Source: a virus
Lineage: Duplodnaviria > Caudoviricetes
Direction: 5' to 3' (one strand)
Length of the DNA: 64,000 nucleotides
Virus record (IMG/VR): IMGVR_UViG_2877794441_000003
Span: 2,815-66,814 of that record
Under the pieces are notes generated by a model. It saw nothing but the letters and a program-made list of their open reading frames with translations, was not told the DNA's origin and did no database searches. Positions 44,321 to 53,742 of the stretch are shown one piece after another. Made by a program: the position numbers and the translations under genes. Within the stretch, counting starts at the first letter, position 1. Each line of letters opens with the position of its first letter.

Positions 44321-44462
44321 GGCTGCTCTCCAGTTGGGAAGCTCAGTCTAGCCCCCTCCTGATGACCCGGATGTGAAAAACACACAAGAGCACATTTGTA
44401 CTCTCCGCTGTAACCCCTCTCCCCTCTATTCACTGCCGCGATATGGCGGCCAAGGCGAAGCT

Positions 44463-45122
44463 ATGTCTCAAGCAAAGGAACGACCGATCCTGTTCAGCGG
44501 GCCAATGGTGCGCGCCATCCTGGACGGCCGGAAGACTGTCACCCGCCGCCCTATCAAGCCGAGCATGCGGGGATTTAATGTCTCGTTCGAACTCCACCAG
44601 CAGGATGACGGCTCTTGGCGACCGCTGCACACGTTCGACGAGAGCTGTATGGACGATCAAGGCACCGAGCATCCGGTCGTTTGCCCTTATGGCAAGCCAG
44701 GTGACCGCCTGTGGGTTCGCGAGACCTGGTACTGCGATCATTTCGAAGTGATGCGCGGCCCCTATCTCAAGCCGGCTGATTTGGACGTTACTGAGGCTCG
44801 CGGCGACGGAACGCTGGTCTACGCCGCTGATGGGCTAACACCGTACGAAGCCGATCAGCCCGCTTGGAAACCCAGCATCCATATGCCCCGCTGGGCCAGC
44901 CGCATCCTGCTGGAAGTCACCGACGTGCGCGTCGAGCAGCTGCAGGCCATTTCCATCGGCCAGATCTGCAAGGAGGGCCTGGCGCGCTCGATCTACGAGT
45001 TCATCCCTGTGACGACGGCCTTTGACGCTTTCGCCGAGGTGTGGGACTCGATCAACGGGCCTGGGGCATGGGAGGCCAATCCATGGGTCTGGGCTGTCGA
45101 GTTTAAGCAGGTGCAGCCATGA
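44463..45122 (+). CDS. ASCH-like phage protein
   Basis: ERPILFSGPMVRAILDGRKTVTRR, GDRLWVRET and WKPSIHMPRWASRI motifs. Confidence 0.8.
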   Translation: MSQAKERPILFSGPMVRAILDGRKTVTRRPIKPSMRGFNVSFELHQQDDGSWRPLHTFDESCMDDQGTEHPVVCPYGKPGDRLWVRETWYCDHFEVMRGPYLKPADLDVTEARGDGTLVYAADGLTPYEADQPAWKPSIHMPRWASRILLEVTDVRVEQLQAISIGQICKEGLARSIYEFIPVTTAFDAFAEVWDSINGPGAWEANPWVWAVEFKQVQP

Positions 45123-45367
45123 CCCGCCTCGCCCTCTGCCTCCTGCTGCTGGCCACCGGCGCCAGCGCAACCGAGAACGTCATCGACGTGCACGACAGCC
45201 AGCGCGGCGTCACCTGCTACCTGCTCAACGGGGTCGGCATCAGCTGCATCCCCGACAGCCAGCTGCAGGCCGGCAACCAGCGCCAGCTCTCCCCGCACGA
45301 AACACAACCCGAACCTACACCCGCACTGGCGCCTGGGCGCTGGATTGATGAGAGGTATCAGCTGTGA
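45119..45367 (+). CDS. Small exported hypothetical protein
   Basis: Signal peptide MTRLALCLLLLATGASA; GVTCY..GISC. Confidence 0.55.
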   Translation: MTRLALCLLLLATGASATENVIDVHDSQRGVTCYLLNGVGISCIPDSQLQAGNQRQLSPHETQPEPTPALAPGRWIDERYQL

Positions 45368-45876
45368 CGGAAGACGAAATCATCAAGCTTTCAGCCAAGG
45401 CCATGGGCTTCGACCTGGAGTACCGGCGCGGCAGCGATGCGTTCTATTACGACGACCCCGAGACAGGACGGGAGGTTTGGCTGCCAATGCAGGATGACCG
45501 GCAGACGATGCTCATCATCGCAAAGCTCAGGATGGACATCTGCTGCTTGCACCATCTCGCTCGGGCCACAGCCCATGTGCCGTATGTCGGCTTCAAGCAA
45601 AGTGAGGTGTCGCATGCAGACGAGCCCGGCGCCAGGATGAACGCGCTGCGCTTGGCAGTTGCAACAGTAGCTGCCAAGTATGGCCAGGGCATGCTCGTCG
45701 GAGGGACAGATGAGCGAGTTCTGGGGCACTTGATCGGCATCGAGGGATCAACGGCCCATGCCATGCGCGGCGCCATCCGTGAATCTCGGGAAGAGATCAG
45801 CAAAGCATGCCAGCGCCTGAAGCGAAAGGGCTTGGTGACCAACAAGGGGCCTTTCTGGCAGGCGGTGCATCGATGA
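45364..45876 (+). CDS. Hypothetical phage protein with C-terminal wHTH-like segment
   Basis: Coupled to both neighbours. Confidence 0.55.
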   Translation: MTEDEIIKLSAKAMGFDLEYRRGSDAFYYDDPETGREVWLPMQDDRQTMLIIAKLRMDICCLHHLARATAHVPYVGFKQSEVSHADEPGARMNALRLAVATVAAKYGQGMLVGGTDERVLGHLIGIEGSTAHAMRGAIRESREEISKACQRLKRKGLVTNKGPFWQAVHR

Positions 45877-46265
45877 CCGACCTGATCGAAGTGAAGACTG
45901 CCGACCTGGTCGGCGAGCAACTGGCTTGGGCGGTCGGAAAGGCTGAGGGCCTAGAGGTTCTCCTCGCGCCACCAATCTACGGCAACCCATGGCGGGTGTT
46001 CGTCCGCTACACCGGTGAGGTAACCATCCGCGATGTGCGGTATGACCCGCACGAGAACTGGTCCTTGGCCGGCGCCCTGATACGCAAGCACAACATCAGC
46101 CTCCACGCCCCTCAGCACGGCTCGGACTGTTGGGCAGCGTGGAGAACGATCGATGATAAGGACGTGCTCATGGGTGGGACCACTGAAACCATAGCGGTCT
46201 GCGGGGTGGTTGTTGCGTTGAAGCTCGGCGACACCGTCCAGGTGCCGAAGGAGCTGATGTCATGA
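45873..46265 (+). CDS. DUF2591-like phage protein
   Basis: MTDLIEVKTADLVGEQLAWAV, YDPHENWSLAGALI and GDTVQVPKEL motifs. Confidence 0.7.
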   Translation: MTDLIEVKTADLVGEQLAWAVGKAEGLEVLLAPPIYGNPWRVFVRYTGEVTIRDVRYDPHENWSLAGALIRKHNISLHAPQHGSDCWAAWRTIDDKDVLMGGTTETIAVCGVVVALKLGDTVQVPKELMS

Positions 46266-46597
46266 CCGAACAAAGTCCCAAGGAATTCTACTCTGTCGAT
46301 CAAGCCTCTCGGCATGCTGCTGAATGGTGCAAGCGCAATCCCGCATGGCGCAGGATCTGTGATATCCCTGATATCTCCGTGTTCGAAAAAACCTACGATG
46401 AGATCCCAAAGCGCGAGCGCGCCTACTGGGAAAAGAACGGCGGCGAAGAATGCTGGCGTGAATTCGGCGCCGGGGGAACCAAGGTGCCTACCGGATTCAT
46501 CTCTGGAAAGGGCGAGTTCTTCGACCACGTCCTCAAAGTTCCGCTCCATCACAACATGATGATGGTGTACCGCGTCGGCAAGAGGTGGAAGCCATGA
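46262..46597 (+). CDS. Hypothetical phage protein
   Basis: Coupled ORF. Confidence 0.55.
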   Translation: MTEQSPKEFYSVDQASRHAAEWCKRNPAWRRICDIPDISVFEKTYDEIPKRERAYWEKNGGEECWREFGAGGTKVPTGFISGKGEFFDHVLKVPLHHNMMMVYRVGKRWKP

Positions 46598-46640
46598 TCG
46601 ACCTCGCCTACCTGGCCTACCTGATCTACAGGGGGCCGCG

Positions 46641-46925
46641 ATGAGCTGTTACACGCTTTACGACGAGAACCGAAAGCCTCGCGGACACATCTGCGGGGAC
46701 CTCGGGCCGCACTGCGCTAGCTGCGGCGACGTAGCTGCGAATATCTGCGATTACCCAGTAGGGCAAGGCAAGACTTGCGACCGCAACCTCTGCAATTACT
46801 GCTCGAGCGAGATCGCACCTGACGTGCACTACTGCGCTCCACACCATGCCGAATGGAAAGCCTTTCGTGACGCCGGCGGCGTGAAGCGCGAACTCGAAAA
46901 CGTCGTCCCGTTCAAGGGCGCGTAA
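46641..46925 (+). CDS. Cys-rich putative zinc-finger protein
   Basis: CASC, CD..CDRNLCNYC, HYC..HH. Confidence 0.55.
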   Translation: MSCYTLYDENRKPRGHICGDLGPHCASCGDVAANICDYPVGQGKTCDRNLCNYCSSEIAPDVHYCAPHHAEWKAFRDAGGVKRELENVVPFKGA

Positions 46926-46975
46926 CCCCTCCCCTACAACGCAAGCCCGCCGACATGCGCGGGCGAGGATCTCCT

Positions 46976-47137
46976 ATGCCCGATATGACCGTGAAGTGTT
47001 CCCGGTGCCGCAATCAGCACAAGGAAAGCGAGCGCGTCCTCGCGCCCTGCAAGTGGCTCAAAGGAGCCAGCACCATGGTGTGCCCGCGTTGCCGGTGCAC
47101 CAGCTATTACCGCGTCGAGCCTGCGCCAGCAGCCTGA
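46976..47137 (+). CDS. Zinc-ribbon small protein
   Basis: CSRC ... CPRCRC; GAGG RBS. Confidence 0.5.
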   Translation: MPDMTVKCSRCRNQHKESERVLAPCKWLKGASTMVCPRCRCTSYYRVEPAPAA

Positions 47138-47175
47138 CCACCAACCTGCCGCCATCGGCGGCGTGGAGACCATCC

Positions 47176-47352
47176 ATGAACCTGATCGACTGCTACGTCA
47201 CGAAGATCCTCGGCGAGCCGTACCGCAAGTTCGGCCACTGGTGGGTCGACGTCGAATACAACAGCTGGGGCAGCACCAGCAAAACACGGCTCATGTTCCG
47301 CACCGAGGAAGCCGCCCGGGCGGCGAAGGTCGGGCACCACTTCACGGCCTGA
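47176..47352 (+). CDS. Small hypothetical protein
   Basis: MNLIDCYVTKILGEPY...; GGAG RBS. Confidence 0.55.
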   Translation: MNLIDCYVTKILGEPYRKFGHWWVDVEYNSWGSTSKTRLMFRTEEAARAAKVGHHFTA

Positions 47353-47369
47353 ATGGCATGGAGACCAAT

Positions 47370-47771
47370 ATGGCGAATGCCACAGCAGCAAAGCCCTCAA
47401 GCATTCAGCCGCGGTTCATCCGGTTCGGCGATGCGCCTGGATATCTCGGCATGTGCCGGGATGAGTTCAACAAGACGGTCAGGCCGAACGTGCGGGAATT
47501 CCCTATCGGAAAACAGGGCGTTGCCTTTGACCGCCAGGAGCTTGATGAGTGGGCGGACGCCTACATCGAAGCCAAGGCGATTGAAAAAGCCACCGGACAG
47601 GACAACAATCGGCCCCGCAGCGAGCGCCGAGGAGATGATACATGGCGCGAAAAACGATCACCGGCCTCTACGAGAAGGGCGGTGTCTGGCAAATCGACAA
47701 AGTCTACAAAGGGGAGCGAATTCGAGAGAGTACTGGAACTGGTGACCGGGAAGAGGCAGAGCAGTACCTGA
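47370..47771 (+). CDS. Putative excisionase / recombination directionality factor
   Basis: PRFIRFGDAPGYLGM...FDRQELDEWAD HTH; overlaps integrase start. Confidence 0.65.
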   Translation: MANATAAKPSSIQPRFIRFGDAPGYLGMCRDEFNKTVRPNVREFPIGKQGVAFDRQELDEWADAYIEAKAIEKATGQDNNRPRSERRGDDTWREKRSPASTRRAVSGKSTKSTKGSEFERVLELVTGKRQSST

Positions 47772-48820
47772 TCCACAAGCTCGAGCAGCTACGTCAAAGG
47801 AAGGTGTATGGCGTTCGGCAAGTGCACACCTGGGAGGAGGCGGCAATGCGCTACCTCCTTGAGGTCAAGGATCAGCCCTCCATTCACCTGACTGCCTTGT
47901 GCATGAAACAGCTTCACCCGTATCTGGGCCACCTACCGCTGACGCACATCGATGACCAGGCGCTGGAGCCGTTTATCAGGGATCGGCAGACAGAAAAGGT
48001 TCTGCCGGATGGGACCATTGAAAAGGCCGTGAGCAACCGGACGATCAACATCGCCATCGAGCGCGCGGTCCGGGTTTTGACGCTCTGCGCCAGGAAGTGG
48101 CGAGACGATGATCGCCGGCCATGGCTGGACAGTGTGCCCATGCTGAGGAAGCTCGAAGAGAAGAAGTCGAGCCGTAAGCCCTACCCTATGTCATGGGAAG
48201 AGCAGTCGATCCTCTTCAACGAGTTACCGGGCCATCTGCAAACGATGGCCCTGTTCAAGGTAAACACGGGCTGCCGGGAGCAAGAGGTGTGCAAGCTGAG
48301 GTGGGATTGGGAGATATCGGTGCCGGAACTGGGAACCAGTGTTTTCCTGATCCCCGCTGACTTCGGCGGGAGACACGCCCGGTCGGGCGTAAAGAATGGT
48401 GACGAGCGCCTGGTGGTGCTGAACAACGTGGCGAAGTCGATTATTGAAAGGCAGCGCGGGATCAGCAAGGAATGGGTATTCCCATACAACGGCACCGCGA
48501 TGCACCGGATGAACGACTCGGCGTGGAAGAAGGCACGGGTGAGAGCGGCGAAACTCTGGCAGGAGGAAAACCTTCGCCCCGCTCACCCTGGATATGCCTC
48601 GATCAGGATTCACGACTTGAAGCACACCTTCGGTCGACGACTGCGGGCAGCAGGCGTTACTGAAGAGGATCGGAAATCACTGCTCGGGCACAAGAACGGC
48701 AGCATCACCAGCCACTACTCCGGCGCTGAGCTGGGCAAGCTGATTGAGGCTGCGAACATGGTATCAACAACTGACTCTCGCGGGCCGGTGTTGACGATCT
48801 TGAAGAGGAAAATCGGATGA
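47642..48820 (+). CDS. int: Prophage tyrosine integrase
   Basis: TGCREQE (R), VKNG (K), HDLKH (HxxK for HxxR), LLGH and HY (Tyr) catalytic motifs. Confidence 0.93.
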   Translation: MARKTITGLYEKGGVWQIDKVYKGERIRESTGTGDREEAEQYLIHKLEQLRQRKVYGVRQVHTWEEAAMRYLLEVKDQPSIHLTALCMKQLHPYLGHLPLTHIDDQALEPFIRDRQTEKVLPDGTIEKAVSNRTINIAIERAVRVLTLCARKWRDDDRRPWLDSVPMLRKLEEKKSSRKPYPMSWEEQSILFNELPGHLQTMALFKVNTGCREQEVCKLRWDWEISVPELGTSVFLIPADFGGRHARSGVKNGDERLVVLNNVAKSIIERQRGISKEWVFPYNGTAMHRMNDSAWKKARVRAAKLWQEENLRPAHPGYASIRIHDLKHTFGRRLRAAGVTEEDRKSLLGHKNGSITSHYSGAELGKLIEAANMVSTTDSRGPVLTILKRKIG

Positions 48821-48854
48821 AGTCCCGAAAAACTCCCCACATGCAAAAACGACA

Positions 48855-48873
48855 AAGCCACCCGGAGGTGGCT
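48855..48873 (-). terminator. Hairpin downstream of tRNA fragment
   Basis: AGCCAC-N6-GTGGCT with T-rich tail on minus strand. Confidence 0.45.
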
Positions 48874-48889
48874 AAGTCGTTGAAATATA

Positions 48890-48934
48890 TGGTCGGGACG
48901 GAGTGATTCGAACACTCGACCCCTTGCACCCCAT
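48890..48934 (-). other. 3' half of tRNA-Pro(GGG): att core, not a complete tRNA
   Basis: Minus strand ATGGGGTGCAAGGGGTCGAGTGTTCGAATCACTCCGTCCCGACCA: anticodon loop, T arm with GTTCGAA, CCA end; no D arm or 5' acceptor strand upstream. Confidence 0.85.
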
Positions 48935-49056
48935 AAAGGTAAATACCCATCCTATCTGATTCAACCTCATCCGAAGCATAATGCTCAAACCCCTGTTTTA
49001 CTGGATTTTATCCATTCTACTGTCCAAAATAGCCCACAGCTGTTCGAGGAAAGCCG

Positions 49057-49114
49057 ATCTCAATTGGCAACGAATTGGCAACCAGAGAATCTCAATTGGC
49101 AACCAATTGGCAAC
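49057..49114 (+). repeat. Four AATTGGCAAC repeats, putative integrase arm-binding sites
   Basis: Exact 10-mers at 49062, 49073, 49094 and 49105 between att core and integrase start. Confidence 0.75.
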
Positions 49115-49129
49115 GGAAAAACTAACCAA

Positions 49130-50494
49130 ATGGCCAAGATTACAGACCGACAAATGACCGCCAAACCCGGGGCCAGTGACAAGTGGCTCAGTGAAGTTGC
49201 CATCTGGGGGCATGGCAGCCTGGTCGCTCGCATCACCACCAGCGGAGAACGCCTCTTTTATTTCCGTTACGCGAACAGCATCGGTGAACGTATCACCTAT
49301 CCCATCGGCACCTACAGCCGTGAGGGGCTTGAGGGAACCATGACCCTGGCCGAAGCTGGCCAACGTGCGAAGGAACTTGCTGGCCTGCACAAGGCAGGAG
49401 TTCGGGATATCCGGGAGCATTTTGAAGCTGAAGAGGCCGCGCGCGTGGCCACCCGGGACGCCGAGCTCGCTCGCCTAGCAGCAGAAAAAGCAGCCGCAGA
49501 AGCGGAGCAAGCCCGACAGGCCGCAAGAAAAAGCGTCTCCGAGCTATTCGAACACTGGGCCACCGTCGACCTAATCAACCGCAAGGATGGTGGAGCAGAG
49601 GTTCGCCGCATGTTTGAAAAGGACGTTTTGCCATTGTTAGGCAAAATAGCCGTAGCAGACGTAAAAAAAGGGCACATCACCGAAGTGACCGATGCCCTTC
49701 TCGCTCGCGGCGTCAACCGTATGGCCAAGCTGATCCTTAGCCTGATGCGACAAATGTTTCGGTTCGCAGTAGATCGAGACCTGATTGAGCACGATCCGAC
49801 TGCCAGCATCCGTAAGGCCAAGATTGGCGGCAAGGAAGTCGAACGCGACCGAGTGCTGAGCGATGATGAGATCCGCGCCCTAGCCCTGCTCACTCCTGAA
49901 GCCGGCCTACTCCCGTCCACCGAAGCTGCAATCTGGGTTGCCCTCTCCACCTGCTGCCGCATTGGAGAACTGCTCAATGCACGCTGGGAGCACCTTGATC
50001 TCGCCAGAGGCATTTGGCTCATACCGGCAGAGAACAGCAAAAACGGAAAAGCCCACAGCATCACGCTCTCTTCATTTGCCATCCGGCAGTTCAAAAAAAT
50101 CAGAGTACTTAACAGTCACTCCGCTTGGTGCTACCCCAACACGGAAGACAGCGGCCCGGTCTGTTCCAAGACCGTAACCAAGCAACTTGGCGACAGGCAG
50201 CGCCAGCCTGATCAGGGAGTGATGAGTAATCGTAGCGCCAAAGCACAAGCCCTCTTGTTGAGCGGAGGGAAATGGACCCCGCATGATCTGAGGCGCACCG
50301 GCGCCACTATCATGACTGCCTTGGGAGTACTTCCTGAAGTAGCAGAACGGTGCCTGAATCACACTGAAGAAAACAAGGTTAAACGCACCTATCAGCGTCA
50401 TAGCTATACAAAAGAGATGGCTGACGCTTGGCACAAGCTTGGACTACATTTGGACCAAATGGTCTCAGAGACTCTCGTCACCGCATCTTTATAA
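49130..50494 (+). CDS. int: Island tyrosine integrase with N-terminal arm-binding domain
   Basis: MAKITDRQ..LFYFRY arm domain; TCCRIGE, SKNG, HDLRRT, CLNH and TY catalytic motifs. Confidence 0.93.
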   Translation: MAKITDRQMTAKPGASDKWLSEVAIWGHGSLVARITTSGERLFYFRYANSIGERITYPIGTYSREGLEGTMTLAEAGQRAKELAGLHKAGVRDIREHFEAEEAARVATRDAELARLAAEKAAAEAEQARQAARKSVSELFEHWATVDLINRKDGGAEVRRMFEKDVLPLLGKIAVADVKKGHITEVTDALLARGVNRMAKLILSLMRQMFRFAVDRDLIEHDPTASIRKAKIGGKEVERDRVLSDDEIRALALLTPEAGLLPSTEAAIWVALSTCCRIGELLNARWEHLDLARGIWLIPAENSKNGKAHSITLSSFAIRQFKKIRVLNSHSAWCYPNTEDSGPVCSKTVTKQLGDRQRQPDQGVMSNRSAKAQALLLSGGKWTPHDLRRTGATIMTALGVLPEVAERCLNHTEENKVKRTYQRHSYTKEMADAWHKLGLHLDQMVSETLVTASL

Positions 50495-50656
50495 GATATT
50501 GTTGCACCCGTATAGTCCACAGAACCTGCAAGAGACGACTTTAGCAACAGACGTTCGATCTCACCTCTCGTGCTGGCCCCACTACACTGAGGCCCCATTC
50601 GAACAATGAGGAGTATAAGCTTGTCTTTCCGGAATGAGCGTGGACCAAAGCCAGAT

Positions 50657-51616
50657 ATGCGTACAGCGACGATATTACTCGCCCAAGCTGAAAACGTCGA
50701 AAAGCAGGTACGTGATCTGCAGAAGATCGCTTTGCCTGCACACCAACAACACGCGCAGTGGTTGTATGAAAGGATGGAAAGCCTAGAGATCCAACCTTCG
50801 CAAGATCAACAAATCGAGCTGACTATCCGACAAGGTAAACATGCGATTGACGAGCAATTATCCAAGCATTCCGAGATAGCTTTACGCCAAGCAGTCTATG
50901 TGAAATATATTTATAAAAATCATTTCATCCCAATAAGTTCCCTAGAAGCCGCTGCAACTGATCATATCCTGCAGAAGATGATCAATGCCCTGATGCTATC
51001 CAATCGCCACTTGGCGATGCTCGAAGCACTCAAAAATCTGGAAAGCAAGCACTACAGCAATCGAGCAAGCGCCGGGGGACAGGGCAAGAATCAGCAGCCC
51101 TCTAATAGCATGAAATCACTGCTTCTTGAATCCATGATCCGAGGCATGATATATAACGACCCTAAATTTAAAAAATTGGATAAAACCGTAGCTGCCGACG
51201 AAATGGCAACACGCATTTTCAAAGCCAACAAAGAATACCAAATGTTAGACATCACCAACCTCGAAGACTTAAAATTCCAGGTTCGCAATGTCCTGTTTGA
51301 TATTACTCGCACTGTCACCCGAGGCAGTCAGCGACAAGCGGATCGAGAACAATTAGGATACTCGCTGCGCCATTCGTTTCCCAAGCAGGATACGGAAGAG
51401 TCACGCCAGATGGATCTAGATGCCGCACGCACCCTGGGGCGTATTGAAGGCGTGCGAGCAACATTAGCTCTGCAACTTAAACAGCGCTTTGGGGAATTGC
51501 CGAAATCAGCAATTGAAAAGCTGGAGGCTACAAACGACATGGATCAACTGCAAACCTGCGCAGAGCAGCTAGCAGAGGTCCGATCGCTGGATGACGTCAT
51601 CCAGAAACTCCAGTGA
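50657..51616 (+). CDS. Hypothetical protein with C-terminal DUF4351/Rpn-tail-like domain
   Basis: C-terminal GRIEGVRATLALQLKQRFGELPKSAIEKLE...QLQTCAEQLAEVRSLDDV; N-terminal region unrecognised. Confidence 0.65.
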   Translation: MRTATILLAQAENVEKQVRDLQKIALPAHQQHAQWLYERMESLEIQPSQDQQIELTIRQGKHAIDEQLSKHSEIALRQAVYVKYIYKNHFIPISSLEAAATDHILQKMINALMLSNRHLAMLEALKNLESKHYSNRASAGGQGKNQQPSNSMKSLLLESMIRGMIYNDPKFKKLDKTVAADEMATRIFKANKEYQMLDITNLEDLKFQVRNVLFDITRTVTRGSQRQADREQLGYSLRHSFPKQDTEESRQMDLDAARTLGRIEGVRATLALQLKQRFGELPKSAIEKLEATNDMDQLQTCAEQLAEVRSLDDVIQKLQ

Positions 51617-51809
51617 ACGAAATTCACCTATAATGAAACGCCATCCTAACGGGTGGCGCTCTCGACTTACACGAAACGGCAAAACTTACAACACACCTGC
51701 AAGAAACCGAGCCTTTCAGGCTAATCATCATAATCGAGACCTCAAAACAAACTTATACCTCGACATCTATCCTGATCTCGACACAACATCACGAAGGACC
51801 CATACACCC

Positions 51810-53288
51810 CTAAATTGAAGACTTGTAAGGAGAGATAATAGTCCTAGGAGAAAAGTTACTCATCGAATACTCAGGAAAAATATCGAGACATGTAACATTT
51901 CCAAGCTTTGACAGCAAAACCTTACCCTGCGTCGAGAGTACCTCAATGGCCGAATCTAACCGCTTTACTTTTCGTAACTTCCCAGGCCCCTTTTGCAGTA
52001 TGATATTCTTTGCTACAAATCTATCACCTGCCTCACGCCTTACTTGTAGCCAGTCATCCAACTCTTGTGCGTCGATCTCTTCCTGAGGCAGCGATGTAAA
52101 CAGACGCAGAAACTCGCCAGAGTACCAAAAGCACACATCAGCAGCAGCATCCAAGGTCTCCAGAGCTATATCACCACTCCCTCTCTCAAAGAAATGAAAC
52201 AGGGCAGCCACCCTTGCAATATTGCCTGCCAACTTTGACGCATGATCACCCATACCAAAAAACCTTCCTCCCGGCCCAATACCCGACTCAATCGCATTGA
52301 AAATTTCTATCCATTTTTGAGCCGCCGCCTGAGAAAACCTAATCACTAACCTGGACCTAGCCGGATCCATCAAGAATCCAACACTTTCTTTAAGTATCTC
52401 CCCAATGCGCTCAGAGAATTTCTCGCAACAATTCCAAGTGACCACCCCTCCACCAATCAATCTAGTTCCCTGGGTCGATCTTGGATTGCAAACCAAAAAC
52501 CTAGCCCACAAACCAGATCCCCGTGATATCTCTCCATTCTTTTCCATATAACTCAAGAAAGTTTTTTCTTGAACCATTATCGATACCGTCAGACGAGCTC
52601 TTAGCTCGTAGCTTTCAGACGATACTCGATCAACAGTTATTGCATCCCCACTCCACAAGGCATTCTGCTTCGACAAATCATTAAATGCCTTGCCACTCAA
52701 CACTCCCCCACCCTCACTAGAAATTAGCCCTGCTGCAGGAATGTTCTGATATAACCCCAAAAACAAAGCCTCTGAGGTAGCATCTTCGTAGATTAACTTA
52801 AAACGTCTAGGCTTGACCGGCTCATTACCCATATGCGCCATAAATATCTGATATTCGTCACCTTCCTCTTCATCACCTGAACGAAGTATTTCCTTCAACA
52901 TGGCCTTCCGGCGAGCCTCCCAGACTGACCATTTCGCATTCCATTCAGAAAGCTTCTTAAGATAAATCAAATCCTTTTCATCCTGAAAATTGCGAACTCC
53001 TCTAAGAAATATATTCTCCGCCGTAGACTTCCTCTCTCCAGAGTTCGCAATCGTCAGCAGCATCAGCGATGCTGGAACTATTTGTCCATTCGGCTTACAA
53101 ACATCAATCAAACCTTGAGAAGCTGTAGCGATCGCCGTCAGAGCAGATGAAAAAACGAGTGCCCTCGGGGCCTTTATATGCCCTTCCGCCTCATCCACCG
53201 CACTCACTATCACCGGTAAAGACATATACCTTGGAAAGCCCCCCTCCAAAGCAGAGCCCCCCCAAGACCCAAAGCTAGAGAAACTCAT
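51810..53288 (-). CDS. YfjI family protein (DUF3987)
   Basis: IANSGERKS Walker-A-like, EDATSEAL, SSEGG, SGLWARFL motifs; low GC. Confidence 0.85.
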   Translation of the reverse strand: MSFSSFGSWGGSALEGGFPRYMSLPVIVSAVDEAEGHIKAPRALVFSSALTAIATASQGLIDVCKPNGQIVPASLMLLTIANSGERKSTAENIFLRGVRNFQDEKDLIYLKKLSEWNAKWSVWEARRKAMLKEILRSGDEEEGDEYQIFMAHMGNEPVKPRRFKLIYEDATSEALFLGLYQNIPAAGLISSEGGGVLSGKAFNDLSKQNALWSGDAITVDRVSSESYELRARLTVSIMVQEKTFLSYMEKNGEISRGSGLWARFLVCNPRSTQGTRLIGGGVVTWNCCEKFSERIGEILKESVGFLMDPARSRLVIRFSQAAAQKWIEIFNAIESGIGPGGRFFGMGDHASKLAGNIARVAALFHFFERGSGDIALETLDAAADVCFWYSGEFLRLFTSLPQEEIDAQELDDWLQVRREAGDRFVAKNIILQKGPGKLRKVKRLDSAIEVLSTQGKVLLSKLGNVTCLDIFPEYSMSNFSPRTIISPYKSSI

Positions 53289-53291
53289 AAA

Positions 53292-53549
53292 TCAAACACC
53301 TTCAGAGATCACGACAAAATCTTCCTGGCCTCTTTGAGGCCTAGATCCAATCCACCGATATATATCTTCCTCAACCCAACCCACCGCAAACCTCCCCAAC
53401 TTAATTGGCTTTGGGAATGTACTATCGTATCTAGGCGACATTGGATTTAGTCGGTCATAAATTGTCGATCTACTCAGCCCAATGCACTCTCGCAACTGCC
53501 GAATGCGTAAAATTCTTAATGTTGATTTACCACTACTTTCGTTGCCCAT
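53292..53549 (-). CDS. alpA: AlpA family regulator / RDF
   Basis: ILRIRQLRECIGLSRSTIYD..FPKPIKLG..VGW. Confidence 0.9.
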   Translation of the reverse strand: MGNESSGKSTLRILRIRQLRECIGLSRSTIYDRLNPMSPRYDSTFPKPIKLGRFAVGWVEEDIYRWIGSRPQRGQEDFVVISEGV

Positions 53550-53742
53550 CACCACGCCCTCTTCAGTTGCGAACTCAATAGGGAAGGACTCTACAGCCCG
53601 TGCCACTAGGAGTCGTCAGGGGTGCTAAATGGGTTTTCCAAAGCTAAGCAGATGTATTGACATTTTAGAAACACTGCGATCTAGAAATTGTCATCCTAGT
53701 AGCTTGTCCCCACCCCACCGGATTTAGCCGGGACCACTGCAG

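Larger units (their letters stand above)
1..48889. mobile_element. Lambdoid siphovirus-type prophage (left end outside window)
   Basis: Contiguous tail, head, terminase, holin, Q/Nin, replication, cro/cI, recombination and xis/int modules in lambdoid order, ending at a tRNA-derived att core next to the integrase. Confidence 0.95.

Noticed and set aside
48890-48970. Complete tRNA-Pro gene
   Set aside because: Sequence 5' of the anticodon loop (..CCTTT) cannot form the anticodon stem, D arm or acceptor; only the 3' 45 nt are present.
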